64,000 nt of DNA from Bacilli bacterium (GCA_022791775.1 JAAVZT010000036.1:8335-72334), one strand, 5' to 3'. Numbered from the stretch's first letter, positions 19,489 to 29,892 are shown. Numbers and translations: made by a program. The notes: a model not told the origin generated them from the letters alone.

Positions 19489-20166
19489 ATGAATATAAAA
19501 ATTGGCAATGATTGGGATGAAAAATTAAAAATTGTATGGGAAAGCGAAGGATTTCAAAAATTTTTAACTTTAGTGGAAAAAGAATATCAAAGCAAAATTA
19601 TTTATCCACCCAAGAATTATATCTTTCAAGCTTTGAAATTAACTCCATTTTATAATACAAAAGTAGTTATTGTTGGACAAGATCCTTATCATGGAGAAAA
19701 TGAAGCTCATGGATTATCTTTTTCTGTTCAAGAAGGAATAAAAGTACCTCCCTCTCTGCAAAATATTTACAAAGAATTAGAAAACGACTTGAAAATTCCA
19801 AGAAGAAATAGTGGTGATTTAACAGGTTGGGCAAGTCAAGGAGTTCTTTTATTAAATTCGGTATTAACAGTCGTTAAAGATACGCCTGCATCTCATCGAA
19901 ACTTAGGTTGGGAACGTTTAACAGATTATATTATAAAAATATTAAATGAAAAAGAAGAACCTGTAGTTTTCATCTTATGGGGAAACTTTGCCAAAGCTAA
20001 AAAAACTCTTATTACAAATCCTAATCACTTAATTTTAACAAGTGCTCACCCTAGTCCTTTTTCAGCTAATTATGGTTTTTTCGGTAGTAAACCATTTTCA
20101 AAAACGAATGAATTTTTAATAAATCATAAGATAGAACCCATTAATTGGGACTTAAATATAAAATAG
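19489..20166 (+). CDS. ung: Uracil-DNA glycosylase
   Basis: GQDPYH, AHGLSFSV, GVLLLN, HPSPFS. Confidence 0.97.
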   Translation: MNIKIGNDWDEKLKIVWESEGFQKFLTLVEKEYQSKIIYPPKNYIFQALKLTPFYNTKVVIVGQDPYHGENEAHGLSFSVQEGIKVPPSLQNIYKELENDLKIPRRNSGDLTGWASQGVLLLNSVLTVVKDTPASHRNLGWERLTDYIIKILNEKEEPVVFILWGNFAKAKKTLITNPNHLILTSAHPSPFSANYGFFGSKPFSKTNEFLINHKIEPINWDLNIK

Positions 20167-20222
20167 GAATTGCCTATTTTTTTATATGCGTTATAATATA
20201 CCTAAATTTTGGGGGAATTTTT

Positions 20223-21071
20223 ATGACACTTTATGAAGAATTATATCCAAGATTGAATAATTTGGAATCTTTCTATCGCTTTGAAGGATATAAATCATAT
20301 CAAAATTATATATTTAATGATCCATTTGCAAATCCATTACAAACAGTAAACAAATATGTTTATTATTCTAAAACATTAAAACACCATTTATATTATACTT
20401 CTAAAAGAATCGAACAGTTTTTAAAAAATGAGATACTGATGGAAAAAGATAGAAATCTTTGGGTTAATATGGATATAAAAAAAATCAAAGAAATAATCAA
20501 TCAAATTCTTAATTTTCAATATAGAAATACAATGTCATCAATTGAATTAAAATATTGTCCAATCTTTCAACAACTTATGAGCCAAAATACAGTCAATAAT
20601 ATGAGAGAGAAAGAAACTAATCAAAAATACATTGAGTGTTGTGACCTAACGAGAGCTGGAGGAGGGTATGGTTTAAGTGAAGAGTGGCTTTTATTACTAA
20701 ATTACTTAACAATTTTATATTGTTATCGAGAAATCAATATGGAAGACGTAAAAACATGGTTTCAAATTTTTCGAAGTAATCAATTAAAATATTTTCCTTT
20801 CAAGTTTCCTACTATTTTTTTAGAAGAAAAAAGGAATCGAAAAATAGTAATCAATCATCAATTATCTAATCACTTCCTGAAATATGATATTATGGAAACA
20901 ATGGAAAGATTAGTAGATAATCACTTAGTAAATCCACGAAGTCCTTTTGGAAAAAATCCAAACAAAATGATAAAAGAAACCATATTTGAATTTGAAAAAG
21001 TAAGAAAAAGAACTCTAGATACCTTAGAAGAAATTTATGAACAGAAAATAAAAAATGAATCAATAGATTAA
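20223..21071 (+). CDS. Hypothetical protein (about 282 aa)
   Basis: Long open frame; GGGGGA RBS and upstream TATAAT favour ATG 20223; no motif recognised. Confidence 0.7.
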   Translation: MTLYEELYPRLNNLESFYRFEGYKSYQNYIFNDPFANPLQTVNKYVYYSKTLKHHLYYTSKRIEQFLKNEILMEKDRNLWVNMDIKKIKEIINQILNFQYRNTMSSIELKYCPIFQQLMSQNTVNNMREKETNQKYIECCDLTRAGGGYGLSEEWLLLLNYLTILYCYREINMEDVKTWFQIFRSNQLKYFPFKFPTIFLEEKRNRKIVINHQLSNHFLKYDIMETMERLVDNHLVNPRSPFGKNPNKMIKETIFEFEKVRKRTLDTLEEIYEQKIKNESID

Positions 21072-21106
21072 ACAAGCCAAATAAATGGTCAGTTAATTGA
21101 TTCATT

Positions 21107-21652
21107 TTACAATTTAAAATCTAATAAATCATCATCATTCATATCCTTACCATCAAAAAATGGTTTCACTTGAAAATGATGAATTTTTGCAATAAGATTT
21201 GAAGGAAACTTGCGAATATATTCATTCAACTCACTTGTATAACGATTATAATATGCAATGGAAGCAGAAAGTTTTTCCGTAGTTTTTTGAATTTCATAAC
21301 AGATTTCTTTCATTTCAGAATGCTCTTGTAAGACAGGATAGTCATTTCTTAAATTAAAAATAATATTTACTGCTTCTTTTAGTTTACGATCCATTTCAAA
21401 ATTACTTATTTTAGAATTTTTTAACTGAATATATTCTTTAAAATAGTCTTTCTTTTCTTGCAAATTACTTTTCACAATATCGCTTGCACGTACCATAATA
21501 TCATATCGATCCCGAATCGTTTCATCAATAATACTCTCAGCTTGTTCTATTTTTGTTTTAATATATTGTAAATTATTAAAGTAATAAACATAAATCATTC
21601 CAAATGTCGAAACAACAAAAACGATGATTAAAATGATATAAATAATTTGCAT
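21107..21652 (-). CDS. lemA: LemA-family protein
   Basis: N-terminal TM, FNNL...RDRYDI, YYN....LNEYIRKFPSNLIAK; start 21652 after AGGAAGTGG. Confidence 0.85.
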   Translation of the reverse strand: MQIIYIILIIVFVVSTFGMIYVYYFNNLQYIKTKIEQAESIIDETIRDRYDIMVRASDIVKSNLQEKKDYFKEYIQLKNSKISNFEMDRKLKEAVNIIFNLRNDYPVLQEHSEMKEICYEIQKTTEKLSASIAYYNRYTSELNEYIRKFPSNLIAKIHHFQVKPFFDGKDMNDDDLLDFKL

Positions 21653-21735
21653 AATCCACTTCCTATAATAACATTCTATCATAAATTTTGATTTATGATA
21701 AGACCTTTATGTTATAATAAGAGAAAGGAGAATTT

Positions 21736-22233
21736 ATGAAAATAGAAAGATTTCCACTAGGGCCATTGCAAGCAAATTGTTATTTGGTGACCAAAAATAA
21801 TCAAACAATTATTATCGACCCAGGAAGTGAAGCTAATAAAATATTAGAACTTTGTAGTAAAAAAAATATTGTGGGTATTTTAGTAACACATCATCATTTT
21901 GATCATATAGGGGCATTAAAAGAACTTGAAAATCATTTTAAAATAGTTCATAATCAAAAAGTTCCTTCTTTTTCTTATCAAACAATTTCGAATCCAGGTC
22001 ATTCCAAGGATTCTATTAGTTTTTACTTTGAACAAGAAAAAGTTTTATTTTCAGGAGATTTTATTTTTGAGCATAATATTGGAAGATGCGACTTAGAAGG
22101 TGGAAACTGGTATGAAATGCAAAAAAGTATTCAAAATATTTTAAAATATTCAGACGATATAACTATTTATCCAGGTCATGGAACCCAAACGACTTTAAAA
22201 GAAGAACGAGCCTACCTTCAAAAGTATTTATAA
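21736..22233 (+). CDS. Short MBL-fold metallo-hydrolase (glyoxalase II-like)
   Basis: ANCYL, IIDPG, THHHFDHIG, PGHS, FSGD, PGHG. Confidence 0.88.
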   Translation: MKIERFPLGPLQANCYLVTKNNQTIIIDPGSEANKILELCSKKNIVGILVTHHHFDHIGALKELENHFKIVHNQKVPSFSYQTISNPGHSKDSISFYFEQEKVLFSGDFIFEHNIGRCDLEGGNWYEMQKSIQNILKYSDDITIYPGHGTQTTLKEERAYLQKYL

Positions 22234-22272
22234 AAAAGAAATTGATAGAGATTAATACTATCAATTTCTTTT
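22234..22272. terminator. Bidirectional terminator between MBL gene and gerQ
   Basis: AAAAGAAATTGATAG-9 nt-CTATCAATTTCTTTT perfect 15-bp stem. Confidence 0.88.
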
Positions 22273-22275
22273 TAG

Positions 22276-22641
22276 CTAGTCAAAAGTATCTGAATAATCT
22301 ACGTTATAATTTATTTTTTCTTCAAATTCAACATAATTTAAATAAATCATTCGTATTAAATACCACATACCTGTATTAGGATCACTTACAATTAAATGAT
22401 CTCTTCCTGCTTCTTCAATAATTCCATCATAAATACGATCGCGCCAGTCATTTGAATCGGGATATGAAACATATACTCGAACCTTTTTCCCCTTATTTAA
22501 TCTTAAAATATTTTCTATCAAACTTTGTTCCAAAGGCATTTGCGATTGGAAACTAATATTTCCAGGTGGTGTTACAGGATTTAGATTGGAAGGATTTGTT
22601 GCACTTGGAAAAGTGGGATTTTGATAAAAACTACCATTCAT
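22276..22641 (-). CDS. gerQ: Spore coat protein GerQ
   Basis: EQSLIENILRLNKGK, GIIEEAGRDHLIVSDP, YLIRMIYLNYVEFEE; start 22641 after GAGGTG. Confidence 0.9.
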   Translation of the reverse strand: MNGSFYQNPTFPSATNPSNLNPVTPPGNISFQSQMPLEQSLIENILRLNKGKKVRVYVSYPDSNDWRDRIYDGIIEEAGRDHLIVSDPNTGMWYLIRMIYLNYVEFEEKINYNVDYSDTFD

Positions 22642-22736
22642 TTTTTTCACCTCTTTAAACTATATACGGAAGAAGAAAAATTATGCGATTGATTTCAAAA
22701 AAAACGTACAGTATAATAAAAAAGAAGGATGATAGC

Positions 22737-23642
22737 ATGGATTTGATAGATTTACATAAAATAAAAGATTTAGTGTGGCACAAAAATTTAATTCCTCGTA
22801 TATTTGTTTTATTTATTGGGGTAACTCTTCTTGCTTTTACATATAATATGTTTCTCGTTCCAAATAATTTGGTAATTGGTGGAACAAGTGGATTAGCCAT
22901 CATTTTACAAGAGTTATTTGGAATAGAACCCCAACTATTTTTATATTTTTCTAGTGTTCTTTTATTAATCATAAGTTTTATATTTTTAGGAAAAAGTGAA
23001 ACTGTGAATACTATAATCGGTTCTCTTTTATATCCCGTAATGGTTTCTTTGACTGTTCCTATCGTAAATTTTTTAAAACCATATTTTATTTTTGACAGTT
23101 TCTTAATTGTAATTTTAATTACAGGATTATTATATGGATTTGCAAATGGTATCATATATAAATCGGGATTTACAACTGGAGGAAGCGATGTTTTAATGAA
23201 ATTGCTTCATAAATATATGCGAATACCAGAAGGAAAAAGTGTACTCTATACAAATATAGTGATCATCTTAGCAGGTGGTTTTACATTTGGTCTTAACAAA
23301 ATGATCTATGCAATTCTAATTTTGTACATTAACAGTACCATAATCGACCGAATTTTAATTGGAATTTCCAATAGTAAATTGTTTTTTATCTACACATCAA
23401 AAACCGACGAAATTAGAAAATTTATTATTGAAGACTTTAAAAGTGGAGTAACTATGCTAGATACAAAAGGTGGGTATCGTGAAGAAAAAGGTTATTTATT
23501 AATGTGTGTCGTTCCCACAAAAGATTATTACTACTTTAAAGAAAGTGTACTCTTAATTGATCCAAATGCCTTTTTTGTGATTAATGATTGTTACGAAGTG
23601 CAAGGCGGTGTTAAGAGTGCAAATTTACCATTTCACTCATAA
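22737..23642 (+). CDS. YitT-family membrane protein (second paralog)
   Basis: IGGTSGLAII and TTGGSDVL motifs. Confidence 0.85.
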   Translation: MDLIDLHKIKDLVWHKNLIPRIFVLFIGVTLLAFTYNMFLVPNNLVIGGTSGLAIILQELFGIEPQLFLYFSSVLLLIISFIFLGKSETVNTIIGSLLYPVMVSLTVPIVNFLKPYFIFDSFLIVILITGLLYGFANGIIYKSGFTTGGSDVLMKLLHKYMRIPEGKSVLYTNIVIILAGGFTFGLNKMIYAILILYINSTIIDRILIGISNSKLFFIYTSKTDEIRKFIIEDFKSGVTMLDTKGGYREEKGYLLMCVVPTKDYYYFKESVLLIDPNAFFVINDCYEVQGGVKSANLPFHS

Positions 23643-23683
23643 TTGATTTTTGATATAATGAAAATAGTATGAGGTGGTAAAAA

Positions 23684-24397
23684 TTGAAGTTGATCGAAGT
23701 TAGTAACTGCTATAAAGTATATAAAAATGGAACAACAGCAGCAGCTGATATAAATATAACCATCGATAAAGGAGAATTTGTATTTGTAATCGGTTCGACT
23801 GGAAGTGGAAAGTCAACCTTTATCAAAATGCTTTATCGAGAAGAGAAGCCAACAAAAGGTAATGTTATTGTGGGTGGAATAAATGTCGCAAAGTTAAGAA
23901 ATTCAAAAGTTTATAAATTGCGAAGAAAAATAGGCGTGGTATTTCAAGATTTCAAACTGTTACCAAAACTAACAGTATATGAAAATGTAGCATTTGCCTT
24001 AGAAGCATTAGGAATGGAATCCAAAGAGATTCGACCAAAAGTAATAAAAGCGATTGAAAATGTTGGTTTAAAAGAAAAAACAAGAAATTTTCCGAGCCAA
24101 TTATCAGGAGGAGAACAGCAACGTGTTGCAATAGCTAGAGCCATTGTAAACAACCCTCGCCTTTTAATTTGTGATGAACCTACAGGAAATTTAGATCCAG
24201 AAACTTCGAAAGAAATTATGAAAATATTAGAAAGAATCAATAAAGAATTAGGAACAACAATTATTATGGCAACCCATGATAAAGATATAGTAAATCGCAT
24301 GAAAAAGCGAGTGATTTTATTTGAAAATGGAGTATTAGCCGGAGACTACTTGAAAGGAAGTTATAAAGCCCATGAGAGCACTAAGAATTCTAATTAG
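23684..24397 (+). CDS. ftsE: Cell division ABC ATPase FtsE
   Basis: GSTGSGKST, VVFQDFKLL, LSGGEQQR, DEPTGNLDP. Confidence 0.95.
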   Translation: MKLIEVSNCYKVYKNGTTAAADINITIDKGEFVFVIGSTGSGKSTFIKMLYREEKPTKGNVIVGGINVAKLRNSKVYKLRRKIGVVFQDFKLLPKLTVYENVAFALEALGMESKEIRPKVIKAIENVGLKEKTRNFPSQLSGGEQQRVAIARAIVNNPRLLICDEPTGNLDPETSKEIMKILERINKELGTTIIMATHDKDIVNRMKKRVILFENGVLAGDYLKGSYKAHESTKNSN

Positions 24398-25265
24398 AAG
24401 TATTCGTGATTCTTTTAAAAGTGTTGGACGAAATTTTAGTTTAAGTGCCGCGGCCATAACTTGTTCGACAATTACTTTAATTTTAGTATCGGTTGCAATT
24501 ATTTTATCCTATAATGTACAAGAAGTTACCAATACATTAGAAAAAGAATTAACGATTGTTGCATATGTAAAAAAAGATGCAACGAATGAAAATATCGAAG
24601 AATTAAAAAGAGAAATCGATGCCATGAGTAAAGTGGATAGCTATGTATTTAAAAGCAAAGACGAATGGAAATTAGAAATGAAACAAGAGTCAGATACATT
24701 AAATACAACACTAGATTATCTAGAAACTAATCCATTATTAGACTCTTTTATTATTAAAGTAAAAGAAGTGGGAGACTTAAAAGTAACGACCGAACGAATT
24801 CGAAAATTTGATTTTATTTCTTCTGCAGAATATGGAGAAGGAATGGTAGAAAATATCGTTGGTGCTTTTGACATAATTAGTCGAGGCACAATTGTAATAG
24901 TTATAGCTCTTATTTTAGTAACAGCTTTCTTAATTAGTAACACGATTAAATTAACCATTTTTTCAAGAAAAAGCGAAATAGAAATTATGCGTTTAGTAGG
25001 AGCAAGCAATATTGCCATAAAATTACCTTTTATTTTTGAAGGCTTTATCCTAGGCGTACTTGGTTCCGTTATTCCAACGATTGTAACAATCTATGGTTAT
25101 CATTTATTATATGATAAATTAGGAGGACACGTTTTCTCAAATATTATCCAATTAGTAGAACCATTTAATTTTGTCTTTTATGTTTCATTCATTCTTTTAT
25201 TAATTGGGGCAATTGTCGGAATGTTTGGAAGTTATCGAGCAGTAAGGAAGCACTTAAAAATATGA
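24372..25265 (+). CDS. ftsX: Cell division permease-like protein FtsX
   Basis: NPLLDSFIIK, TIKLTIFSRKSEIEIMRLVGAS. Confidence 0.95.
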   Translation: MRALRILIRSIRDSFKSVGRNFSLSAAAITCSTITLILVSVAIILSYNVQEVTNTLEKELTIVAYVKKDATNENIEELKREIDAMSKVDSYVFKSKDEWKLEMKQESDTLNTTLDYLETNPLLDSFIIKVKEVGDLKVTTERIRKFDFISSAEYGEGMVENIVGAFDIISRGTIVIVIALILVTAFLISNTIKLTIFSRKSEIEIMRLVGASNIAIKLPFIFEGFILGVLGSVIPTIVTIYGYHLLYDKLGGHVFSNIIQLVEPFNFVFYVSFILLLIGAIVGMFGSYRAVRKHLKI

Positions 25266-26464
25266 AGCAAAAAATGAAAAAAATATGTTATTTATTACTT
25301 GTTTTATGTTTTGTTTGTTATACACCAAAAGTAAAAGCCGAAGCTGAAACTTTAGGTGATTTAAGAAAAATTTATGAAGATTTAGTAGCTCAAAAAAGAA
25401 CCAACGAAAATAAAACAGAAGCCGCAAAGCAAGAAATTGCTAGAAAAGAAGCGGCCATCAAAACCGCGGAAACGAATTTAACCAATGCTCGAAGAGAAGA
25501 AGCTGAAACGCAAGAGAAAATTGATGAATCCAATGAAAGAATTGAAAAATTAACGGAAGAAGCCAAAAATGTATTGCTATATTTACAACAAATGAAAGGC
25601 CAAAATGCGTATGTTGAATATGTAACAGGTGCTAGTAACATGACCGATTTAATCACAAGACTCGCTGTAGTAGAGCAGATCAGCAATCATATTCAAGATA
25701 CTATGAAAAATTTAGAAGATGAAATTAAAAAAAATGAAGCTTTAAAAATAGAATTACAAGAAAAACAAAAAGCTTTAGAAAAAGAAATAACCAACTATCA
25801 AGCCGCCATTCAAAAACAATATCAAAATTTGGCCCAATATGATAAATTTGCACTAGGAATTGATGAACAGATTCAAGTTGCCAAAGAAAAATACGAAGCC
25901 AATAAAAGAACTTGTCAACAAAATATTGGTAGCACGGATGACAGTGTTGTATTAACGACTTGTTCAAAAGTACCAGTAAATGGTGGCTGGTTAAAGCCTT
26001 TAAATCGAGGATATGTTACCAGTGAAATAGGATCGCGTTGGGGCTCTTATCATAATGCTTTAGATATTGGAGGAAATGCAGAAGGGACACCAGTTTATGC
26101 CGCAGCAGCAGGAACGGTTTCAGGAAAAATTGCAAAATATCGTTGTGGAGGAAATATGTTATATATAGATGTCATTGTTGGTGGCAAAAAATATACAACC
26201 TATTATTATCATTTACTACGATTTAATGTAAATGTCGGAGATGTGGTAACACAAGATACAATCATTGGATATGTCGGTGGAGGAAGAAGTACTTCTGCGG
26301 CATATGGAGGATATGATACTTGTACAACAGGAGCTCACTTACATTATGGTGTTGCAAATGGTTGGTTTACAGGTACAATATATCGTGGAAATGTCATTAC
26401 TCCACCCGGTTTTCCAAATAGTCAAGGATATCGTTTTTATTCTAGAACCGACTATTATCGCTAA
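25262..26464 (+). CDS. Secreted coiled-coil + M23 peptidase (FtsEX partner, CwlO/EnvC-like architecture)
   Basis: Signal peptide, long coiled coil with YVEYVTGASNMTDLITRL, HNALD and HLH motifs intact. Confidence 0.85.
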   Translation: MKQKMKKICYLLLVLCFVCYTPKVKAEAETLGDLRKIYEDLVAQKRTNENKTEAAKQEIARKEAAIKTAETNLTNARREEAETQEKIDESNERIEKLTEEAKNVLLYLQQMKGQNAYVEYVTGASNMTDLITRLAVVEQISNHIQDTMKNLEDEIKKNEALKIELQEKQKALEKEITNYQAAIQKQYQNLAQYDKFALGIDEQIQVAKEKYEANKRTCQQNIGSTDDSVVLTTCSKVPVNGGWLKPLNRGYVTSEIGSRWGSYHNALDIGGNAEGTPVYAAAAGTVSGKIAKYRCGGNMLYIDVIVGGKKYTTYYYHLLRFNVNVGDVVTQDTIIGYVGGGRSTSAAYGGYDTCTTGAHLHYGVANGWFTGTIYRGNVITPPGFPNSQGYRFYSRTDYYR

Positions 26465-26487
26465 AACGAGAAACTTCTCGTTTTTTT
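26463..26487 (+). terminator. Intrinsic terminator after ftsEX-M23
   Basis: AAAACGAG-aaactt-CTCGTTTT plus T tract. Confidence 0.8.
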
Positions 26488-26520
26488 GTATTTTTGATAT
26501 AATATAATAAGGTGATTTTT

Positions 26521-27453
26521 ATGACGTTCTCCACTCAAATGAAAGAAGAAATCGCAAGAAAAGAAATTAGTCGTATGGAAATGCAAAATGAATTATCTGC
26601 CATGATTCGCTATGATGCAAAAATTAGTAAAAACAAAATTGAATTAATTTGTGAAAATGCCTCTGTTGCTAGAAGAATCTATAAAGACTTAAAAGAATTA
26701 TTTAATGTAAATATTATCATCACCATTCGTATTCAAAAAAAGCTACGTCAAAAACAAATTTATATATTAGAAATGAAAGAAAAAATAAATCATATTTTAG
26801 AATCTTTAACTATTTATGAATCTCAAAAAAAAATAGATATGAAAGACGAATATTTAGAAGAAGAGGAAGCGAAAATATCTTATCTTCGTGGAGCCTTTTT
26901 AGTAACAGGATCTATAAATGATCCCAAAACAAGTGGTTATCATTTAGAATTTGTTTTTTTAATGAAAAAAGATGCTCTATTTATTCAGAAAATTCTACAT
27001 AGTTTTCATTTTGATGCCAAAGTGATCAAGCGAGCAAATCGATACATGGTTTATCTAAAAAGTGCAGAAATGATTAGTGACTTAATTCGTTTATTTCGGG
27101 CAACTAACTCGCTATTCTATTTTGAAGATATTCGCATTTACCGCGATCATAAGAATATGGTAAATCGATTAAATAATTGTGAAATAGCAAATCAGGGGAA
27201 ATCAACAGAAACAGGTATGAAACAATTAGAAATCATTAATTATTTAAAAGAAAACCATTTAGTAGATTTATTGGAAGAAAAAACAAAAATTGTTTTAGAA
27301 TATCGTGAAAAATACCCAGAATCATCTTATCAGGAATTATCGGAAATTATTACCATGGAAACCGGTTATAAAATAGGAAAATCAGGAATTAATCATCATT
27401 TCATCAAAATGCGCAAATTAAAAGATTCTCATGAAAAAAAATACGACTTATAA
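26521..27453 (+). CDS. whiA: DNA-binding cell division protein WhiA
   Basis: [40 protein letters not shown]. Confidence 0.93.
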   Translation: MTFSTQMKEEIARKEISRMEMQNELSAMIRYDAKISKNKIELICENASVARRIYKDLKELFNVNIIITIRIQKKLRQKQIYILEMKEKINHILESLTIYESQKKIDMKDEYLEEEEAKISYLRGAFLVTGSINDPKTSGYHLEFVFLMKKDALFIQKILHSFHFDAKVIKRANRYMVYLKSAEMISDLIRLFRATNSLFYFEDIRIYRDHKNMVNRLNNCEIANQGKSTETGMKQLEIINYLKENHLVDLLEEKTKIVLEYREKYPESSYQELSEIITMETGYKIGKSGINHHFIKMRKLKDSHEKKYDL

Positions 27454-28017
27454 AATCACATCAATTAAGCCGTATTTTTTTGCCTCTTCAGGATCCATAA
27501 AATGATCGCGATCAGTATCTTTCTCAATTTGTTCTATATTTTGTCCTGTTTGATCTGACAAAATTTTATTTAGTTTCTGCTTCATTTTTAAAATTCGTTC
27601 ACAAGCAATTTTCATATCAGTTGCTTGGCCTTCCACTCCTCCAAGCGGTTGATGAATCATAATTTCAGCGTTTGGAAGAGCGGAACGCATCCCTTTACTT
27701 CCGCAAGTTAGCAAAAAAGCAGCCATGCTTGCAGCCATACCAATAACAATAGTCCGAACTTTACTTTCAATAAAGTTCATTGTATCATAAATAGCGAATC
27801 CAGCTGTTACACTACCACCAGGACTATTAATATAAAGACATATCTCCTCATGATTTAAAGAATCTAAGTAAAGCAATTCTGAAACAATCAGATTTGCAGT
27901 TGTATCATTAATTTCACCACTTAGAAAAACAATTCGATCTTTTAACAATCGAGAGTACAAATCATATGCATATTCTCGATTACTACTTTTTTCTAAAACA
28001 GTTGGAACTATATTCAT
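27448..28017 (-). CDS. clpP: ATP-dependent Clp protease proteolytic subunit
   Basis: [22 protein letters not shown] (Ser), MIHQP (His), DRD. Confidence 0.98.
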   Translation of the reverse strand: MNIVPTVLEKSSNREYAYDLYSRLLKDRIVFLSGEINDTTANLIVSELLYLDSLNHEEICLYINSPGGSVTAGFAIYDTMNFIESKVRTIVIGMAASMAAFLLTCGSKGMRSALPNAEIMIHQPLGGVEGQATDMKIACERILKMKQKLNKILSDQTGQNIEQIEKDTDRDHFMDPEEAKKYGLIDVIL

Positions 28018-28072
28018 ATTTTTCACCTACTATTAGCTTATAAAAAGATGACAGATTTATACGAAAAAAGAA

Positions 28073-28079
28073 TGACGAA
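28073..28079 (+). promoter_or_regulatory. Candidate Spo0A box upstream of clpP
   Basis: TGACGAA, exact TGNCGAA match in clpP/udk intergenic region. Confidence 0.35.
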
Positions 28080-28257
28080 TTTAGGCACTTTCCAAAACAA
28101 TTGTTTATTCTGTTATTTAAAGATTACTTTTCATACTAATATTAATATTTATTTTGTAAATAACGTTTCTAAGCTACTAAAGAGATCATAATCAATTATT
28201 CTCTTTTTTTTCAAAATGTGTTATGCTAAAATAAATTAGAATATGAGGGGTCTAAAA

Positions 28258-29892
28258 ATGAGCAAAGTTACAATCACATTTCCTAATGGGAAAACTAAAG
28301 AATATGAAAAAGGAATAACCTATTATGAAATAAGTCAAGAATTGAAAAAAAAGAAAAATCCTATATTAGGAGTAAAAATAAATAATGAATTAAGTTCACT
28401 AGATACAAAGATCTTTCAAGATGCCCATGTTGATTTTTTTGATGTTCAAGATTTAGCTGGCTATAAAATGTATCAAGGAGCTCTAAAATTTATTTTTGAA
28501 GTAGCAGTAAAAGAATTATTTCCCCAAAGTGAAGTCCATTTTCTGCACAGTGTTCCAAAAGGAATTCTAAGTGAAATTATTTCGAATGAAAATTTTACGA
28601 ATTATGAGGTAAATCAAATTAAAGAGAGAATGGCTGAAATTATAGGTGCAAAAGAATTATTTCAAAAATATAACTTATTTAAAAAAGATGCCTATCAATA
28701 TTTCATGCAAACCAAAGAACCAGAAAAAGCGAAAAATATTCAAAATATAAGTAATGAGATTGTTACGCTTTATAAACTTCGAAATAAAATAAATTATTTT
28801 TATACATTTTTACCATACGATACAAGTGCCATTACAAAATATGAGTTAGTATATATCGGAAAAAATAGAATTATATTAGTTTGTCCAAGCATTATAACAG
28901 GAGAAGTGCCTGATTATGTTCATTATGATAATATTATCGAAACCTTTTTTGAGCGTAAAAAATGGTTACGTTTGATGGAAACACCATATCTTTCCAATTT
29001 AAATGATTTAATTAGTCATAATCACATTAAAGAATTTATGGCCACAAATGAATTAATATTTAATGAAGAAATTTTAAAATGTGTAAATGAAATTGTATCA
29101 AAAAGAGAAGTCAAATTTATTTTGATTGCTGGTCCGTCTTCTTCTGGAAAAACGACCACAACTAAGCGTCTTGCAACTTACTTAAAAGCCAAAGGATTTG
29201 AACCTGTATGCTTATCTACTGATGATTTTTTTGTAGAACGAGAAGAAACTCCTAAAAATGAAAAAGGAGAATTTGATTTTGAATGTTTACAAGCAATCGA
29301 TTTAGAATTATTTAATAAAACTTTAAAAAATTTATTAAAAGGGGAAAAAGTAGAGATTCCAGAGTACAACTTTGTGAGCGGAAAAAAAGAATTTAACCAT
29401 CATTACTTAGAATTAAAGAAAAATAGCATTGTTTTAATTGAGGGATTACACTGTCTAAATGATGAATTAGTTCCCTACATCAAAGACGAAAATAAATATA
29501 AAATTTACTTAAGTCCTTTTATTTCCTTAAATATTGATCGCCATAATTATATTTCTACCTTAGATATGCGATTAATCAGACGTATCGTGAGAGACAACCG
29601 AACACGAGGAAAAAGTGTAGATAAAACCATTCAAGAATGGCAAGTAGTGAGAAGAGGAGAAGAAAAATATATTTTTCCGTACATTCATCAAGCTGATACA
29701 ATTATTAATACAGCTTTGGCATATGAATTAGGTGTTTTAAAAATATATGCTGAGCCGCTTTTATATTCTGTTGCTATGCACTCGCCATATTATGAAGAGG
29801 CTAGAAGATTAATAAATGCGTTAAAAGGATTTTATCCTATTAGTAGTGAATATGTAAAAGATGATTCTATATTAAGAGAATTTATCGGTTAA
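28258..29892 (+). CDS. Uridine/nucleoside kinase with ThrRS-like N-terminal (TGS) region
   Basis: IAGPSSSGKTTT, DDFF, IEGLH, RRIVRDNRTRG; TGS-like start VTITFPNGKTKEY. Confidence 0.88.
   Translation: MSKVTITFPNGKTKEYEKGITYYEISQELKKKKNPILGVKINNELSSLDTKIFQDAHVDFFDVQDLAGYKMYQGALKFIFEVAVKELFPQSEVHFLHSVPKGILSEIISNENFTNYEVNQIKERMAEIIGAKELFQKYNLFKKDAYQYFMQTKEPEKAKNIQNISNEIVTLYKLRNKINYFYTFLPYDTSAITKYELVYIGKNRIILVCPSIITGEVPDYVHYDNIIETFFERKKWLRLMETPYLSNLNDLISHNHIKEFMATNELIFNEEILKCVNEIVSKREVKFILIAGPSSSGKTTTTKRLATYLKAKGFEPVCLSTDDFFVEREETPKNEKGEFDFECLQAIDLELFNKTLKNLLKGEKVEIPEYNFVSGKKEFNHHYLELKKNSIVLIEGLHCLNDELVPYIKDENKYKIYLSPFISLNIDRHNYISTLDMRLIRRIVRDNRTRGKSVDKTIQEWQVVRRGEEKYIFPYIHQADTIINTALAYELGVLKIYAEPLLYSVAMHSPYYEEARRLINALKGFYPISSEYVKDDSILREFIG

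Noticed and set aside
21605-24470. Exact 0A boxes inside coding regions (21605-21611 in lemA, 24464-24470 in ftsX)
   Set aside because: Intragenic 7-mers are expected by chance and have no promoter context
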